The notes beneath the pieces were generated by a model that made no database searches, was not told the DNA's origin, and saw only the letters and a list, made by a program, of their open reading frames with translations. From positions 1,478,201 to 1,542,200 of the forward strand of contig NC_092670.1 in the NCBI RefSeq assembly GCF_964355755.1: a stretch of DNA of 64,000 nucleotides, given 5' to 3'. Source of the stretch: Antedon mediterranea (Eukaryota; Animalia; Echinodermata). Made by a program: the position numbers and the translations under genes. This document shows positions 61,401 through 64,000 of this stretch, piece after piece; the first letter of the stretch is position 1, and every line of letters starts with the position of its first letter.

Positions 61401-63993
61401 TTGACTTTATTTCATTAATCAAATTATTATTGTTTGCGTTATATTGTTGGTATTTGTGTCTGTTGCCTCTCTAGCTATTGCCGCCCAAAGACACACCCAG
61501 CCTGCAGATATGAGCCACTGAAAATACCAATCATAACTGGGTCTTTTGTCTATGTAAACCACCTCTTGACAGGTTTCACAACACTTCCGTTGGTCCGTGA
61601 CTCTTTTTATTCACTATCTACTTCAAAATCAGTCTTAAAAATTAGTCAAGTTAATAACAATATTGATTACGATATTTCTAAAAGGTGATTAAATACTTGA
61701 TTGTTGTGAGTATAAAACCCAACTTTTCAACGTTTTCATTTCATCAATCACTTCATTGTTCCTTATCTTCGTCGTCATAAAATTGTATAACAAACCCTGC
61801 TGGCGAATTTCTATTAAAAATGGGTTTGTGGATAAAAATAATAGACGTAATATATACATTGCTATTAAGCTTAATTGTAGTTTCAACTGATGTTCGCTTT
61901 TACTCAGACAAACTGTTATCAGTATTTTGCGAGTTATTGCACATGTAATGTAATGGTATTGCGTTTAGATTAACTCATGTCTTTCTGATCCCATCTACAT
62001 TTTCCCCAGATTATTTTTTCGAGGATCTTTCTTCAAAATAAAAATGTTAAAAATAACACAAAAAAGGAAATTGATAAGGTAGCAATCCAAAGATATTGCC
62101 AAATTGCGCGCGTGACCTAAATCAAGGAATTGTGGTAATGAAGGCGATCAACAAGTTTTTTTGTTGCATACCAAGGTGTTGGTAGGTGAGTCGCGGGGAA
62201 TTCCTTGTATTCAATAAGATTAATTACGGTTCAACAAAGCCACCGGTTAGTTTACCTGTGGAATGTCACCATCAACCAACCGAATTGGTTCGCTTGATTG
62301 AATCACAATAGCCGTGACTGCCGACTGCTGACACAAATAGTGACAGTTTGTACCATGTACAACGCAATTATACGTACATGGGATGGAACTACAACAAAAC
62401 CAACCCAAATCCCATTCATGGAAAATTCGTGGTGGGGTGGTCTATATTTTCCATTTTCTTGTCTTTTAAAATTGTTAAGTTAAGTTTATACTGTTTTTAG
62501 TTTTGTGATGCGTTTTACGTTGGCTGAACTACCAGGAGGTGTGTTGCGATCTATTTCTTCATGGTGTGGACACTGTGTGTAAAAACAAATCCATAAGGTC
62601 AATTTTACTGTATATAAACAAAATGATTAGCCTTATATGTACACGTATGGTAATCGTAAACAACGTAGAAAGTACTTGTTATGTAGCCTATATCCAACGG
62701 ACAATGAATCGTTGAAATAGAACTTGTGAATTGCTCTATATTGTAGGCTATATATCTGTCCAGTATCACAACGAATTCCGTATGCAGTGTCACATTATTA
62801 TGAATGACCTTATGCCATGTTATAAGCATCATACGGTACATGTGATACTGTATTACAGAATGTGCCTATGATACTGTACACATTATTGATACAGTACCGA
62901 AAATCAATGCACATGGCGATTAATATTAAACCTAGTAAAGAGTGAAAAACTATTTTTTTGTTAATTAATTGTTGTATGTTTTTGTATTGTCAAATTGTAT
63001 TTTTGTAAGAGTCCATAATTAAAATCTTCGGCTGGATGGACCACTCTTGTAAAATATTGTGAAATAAATTAAAAATAAATTAAATAAATAATATAATACT
63101 TAATTAGGATTGTACTTAAGGATGTAGAGTTTGTACTGTAGGGCTCGTTCTATTGAAATGGTGCCCATAGATTTTTTCTCTCTCTAATTTCAGTTGAAGT
63201 CATTGGCAATGAGTTTAGAGGCATCATCATGCAAGCTCGTAACACAGCAAATGAGCCTGTTGGTACTTGGGTGACCGAATCTTCAAATTTCTTCAGGGCT
63301 ATAGGTTGTAACAATGCGGGAGATACATTAACCCACACAAGTAATGAACTAAAACAGAATTCGGAGCTGGTGTGGACGGCGGATCCAGATCAAGTTGGAA
63401 CAATACATTTTAGGTAGGCCTAAGTAGAGGAATGTATGTTGGGTAGCGTTGTTATGCTTTTTTTATTGTAAGAGAATGAAGACAAAGTTAGCAGCCTAAT
63501 GGTAAACATTAAATATAATTAATTTTCATATAAACTTGGTTTATGGTTTATTTAACGAAATGTGCCCACCTGTTCTACCAACATTTAGTTCTTCTGAGTC
63601 GTTATAACACACATCAGATAAAATAACACGATTTGCAATTCAACAATACAATCGTAGGCTATACACACATGGGAGGTACCATTTCCTCACAGACAATAGT
63701 AAATGAAAAGATCAAGAGTACAGTTAAAATGATTTATTTAAAAATGAAAACCGTATTAATCGTGTAAAAATAGTTTCCAGCAGTAGGCCCCTATAATGTA
63801 CGCCTAAATGAAAAAGTTTGCAACAGCGAGTTTCACCTTAAATCTTCTCGAATATTCTGCTTAAGCTTAAGTAAAATGACACGAAGCTTTTGAATCACCA
63901 AAATACTATTATTTTTTTCATCTTTCAGTTATACAATTGTTCAAAACTTTAGCGTTTTCTGGACTAATATAGCGGGAATTGAGGTCAACCCAG
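58488..63993 (+). CDS. Secreted Reeler-domain protein (defense protein / ferric-chelate reductase-like), 5' partial
   Basis: Exon 58488-58689: signal peptide + YRTGAP..C..LTPMH. Exon 63194-63413: FRGIIMQAR..PVGTW..C..LTHTS..VWTA. Exon 63929-63993: TIVQNFSVFW. Phases match, and the gene continues past the window. Confidence 0.85.
60453..60698. repeat. 49-bp minisatellite x5 in the Reeler-gene intron
   Basis: acgggggatgatccaatgtaaggccctacgcttattacaaacaccatg(t/c) is repeated head-to-tail with no spacers. Confidence 0.95.
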
Positions 63994-64000
63994 GTAAGTT

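Noticed and set aside
303-63993. Functional gene cluster (chitinase, DNMT3, IDO, Reeler) as an immunity island
   Set aside because: Adjacency alone is not evidence in an animal genome; synteny and co-expression data would be needed.

Overview
AT-rich, intron-rich animal DNA, probably a marine invertebrate (taxon is inference only). I could splice four host genes by hand. (1) A giant secreted chitinase on the minus strand (~303-19973, ~4,400 aa) has a signal peptide, 4 chitin-binding CBM14 domains, a ~1,500-aa Thr-rich mucin stalk, six near-identical 7-exon GH18 units and 2 more CBM14 domains. (2) A complete DNMT3 (26508-36537) has PWWP, ADD and methyltransferase domains, plus an N-terminal motif resembling the vertebrate DNMT3A1 H2AK119ub-recruitment region. 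(3) An indoleamine 2,3-dioxygenase (38611-57200) has its 4th coding exon split by a 14.36-kb Ginger DNA transposon (TGT..ACA ends, CCGG TSD, spliced DDE integrase fused to an OTU-like domain). That element also carries a 132-bp satellite, two tRNA-like cloverleafs, a solo LTR and foldbacks. (4) The 5' part of a Reeler-domain gene starts at 58488. There are also several MITEs, retroelement remnants and minisatellites. Exon boundaries were read by eye, and no database searches were run.
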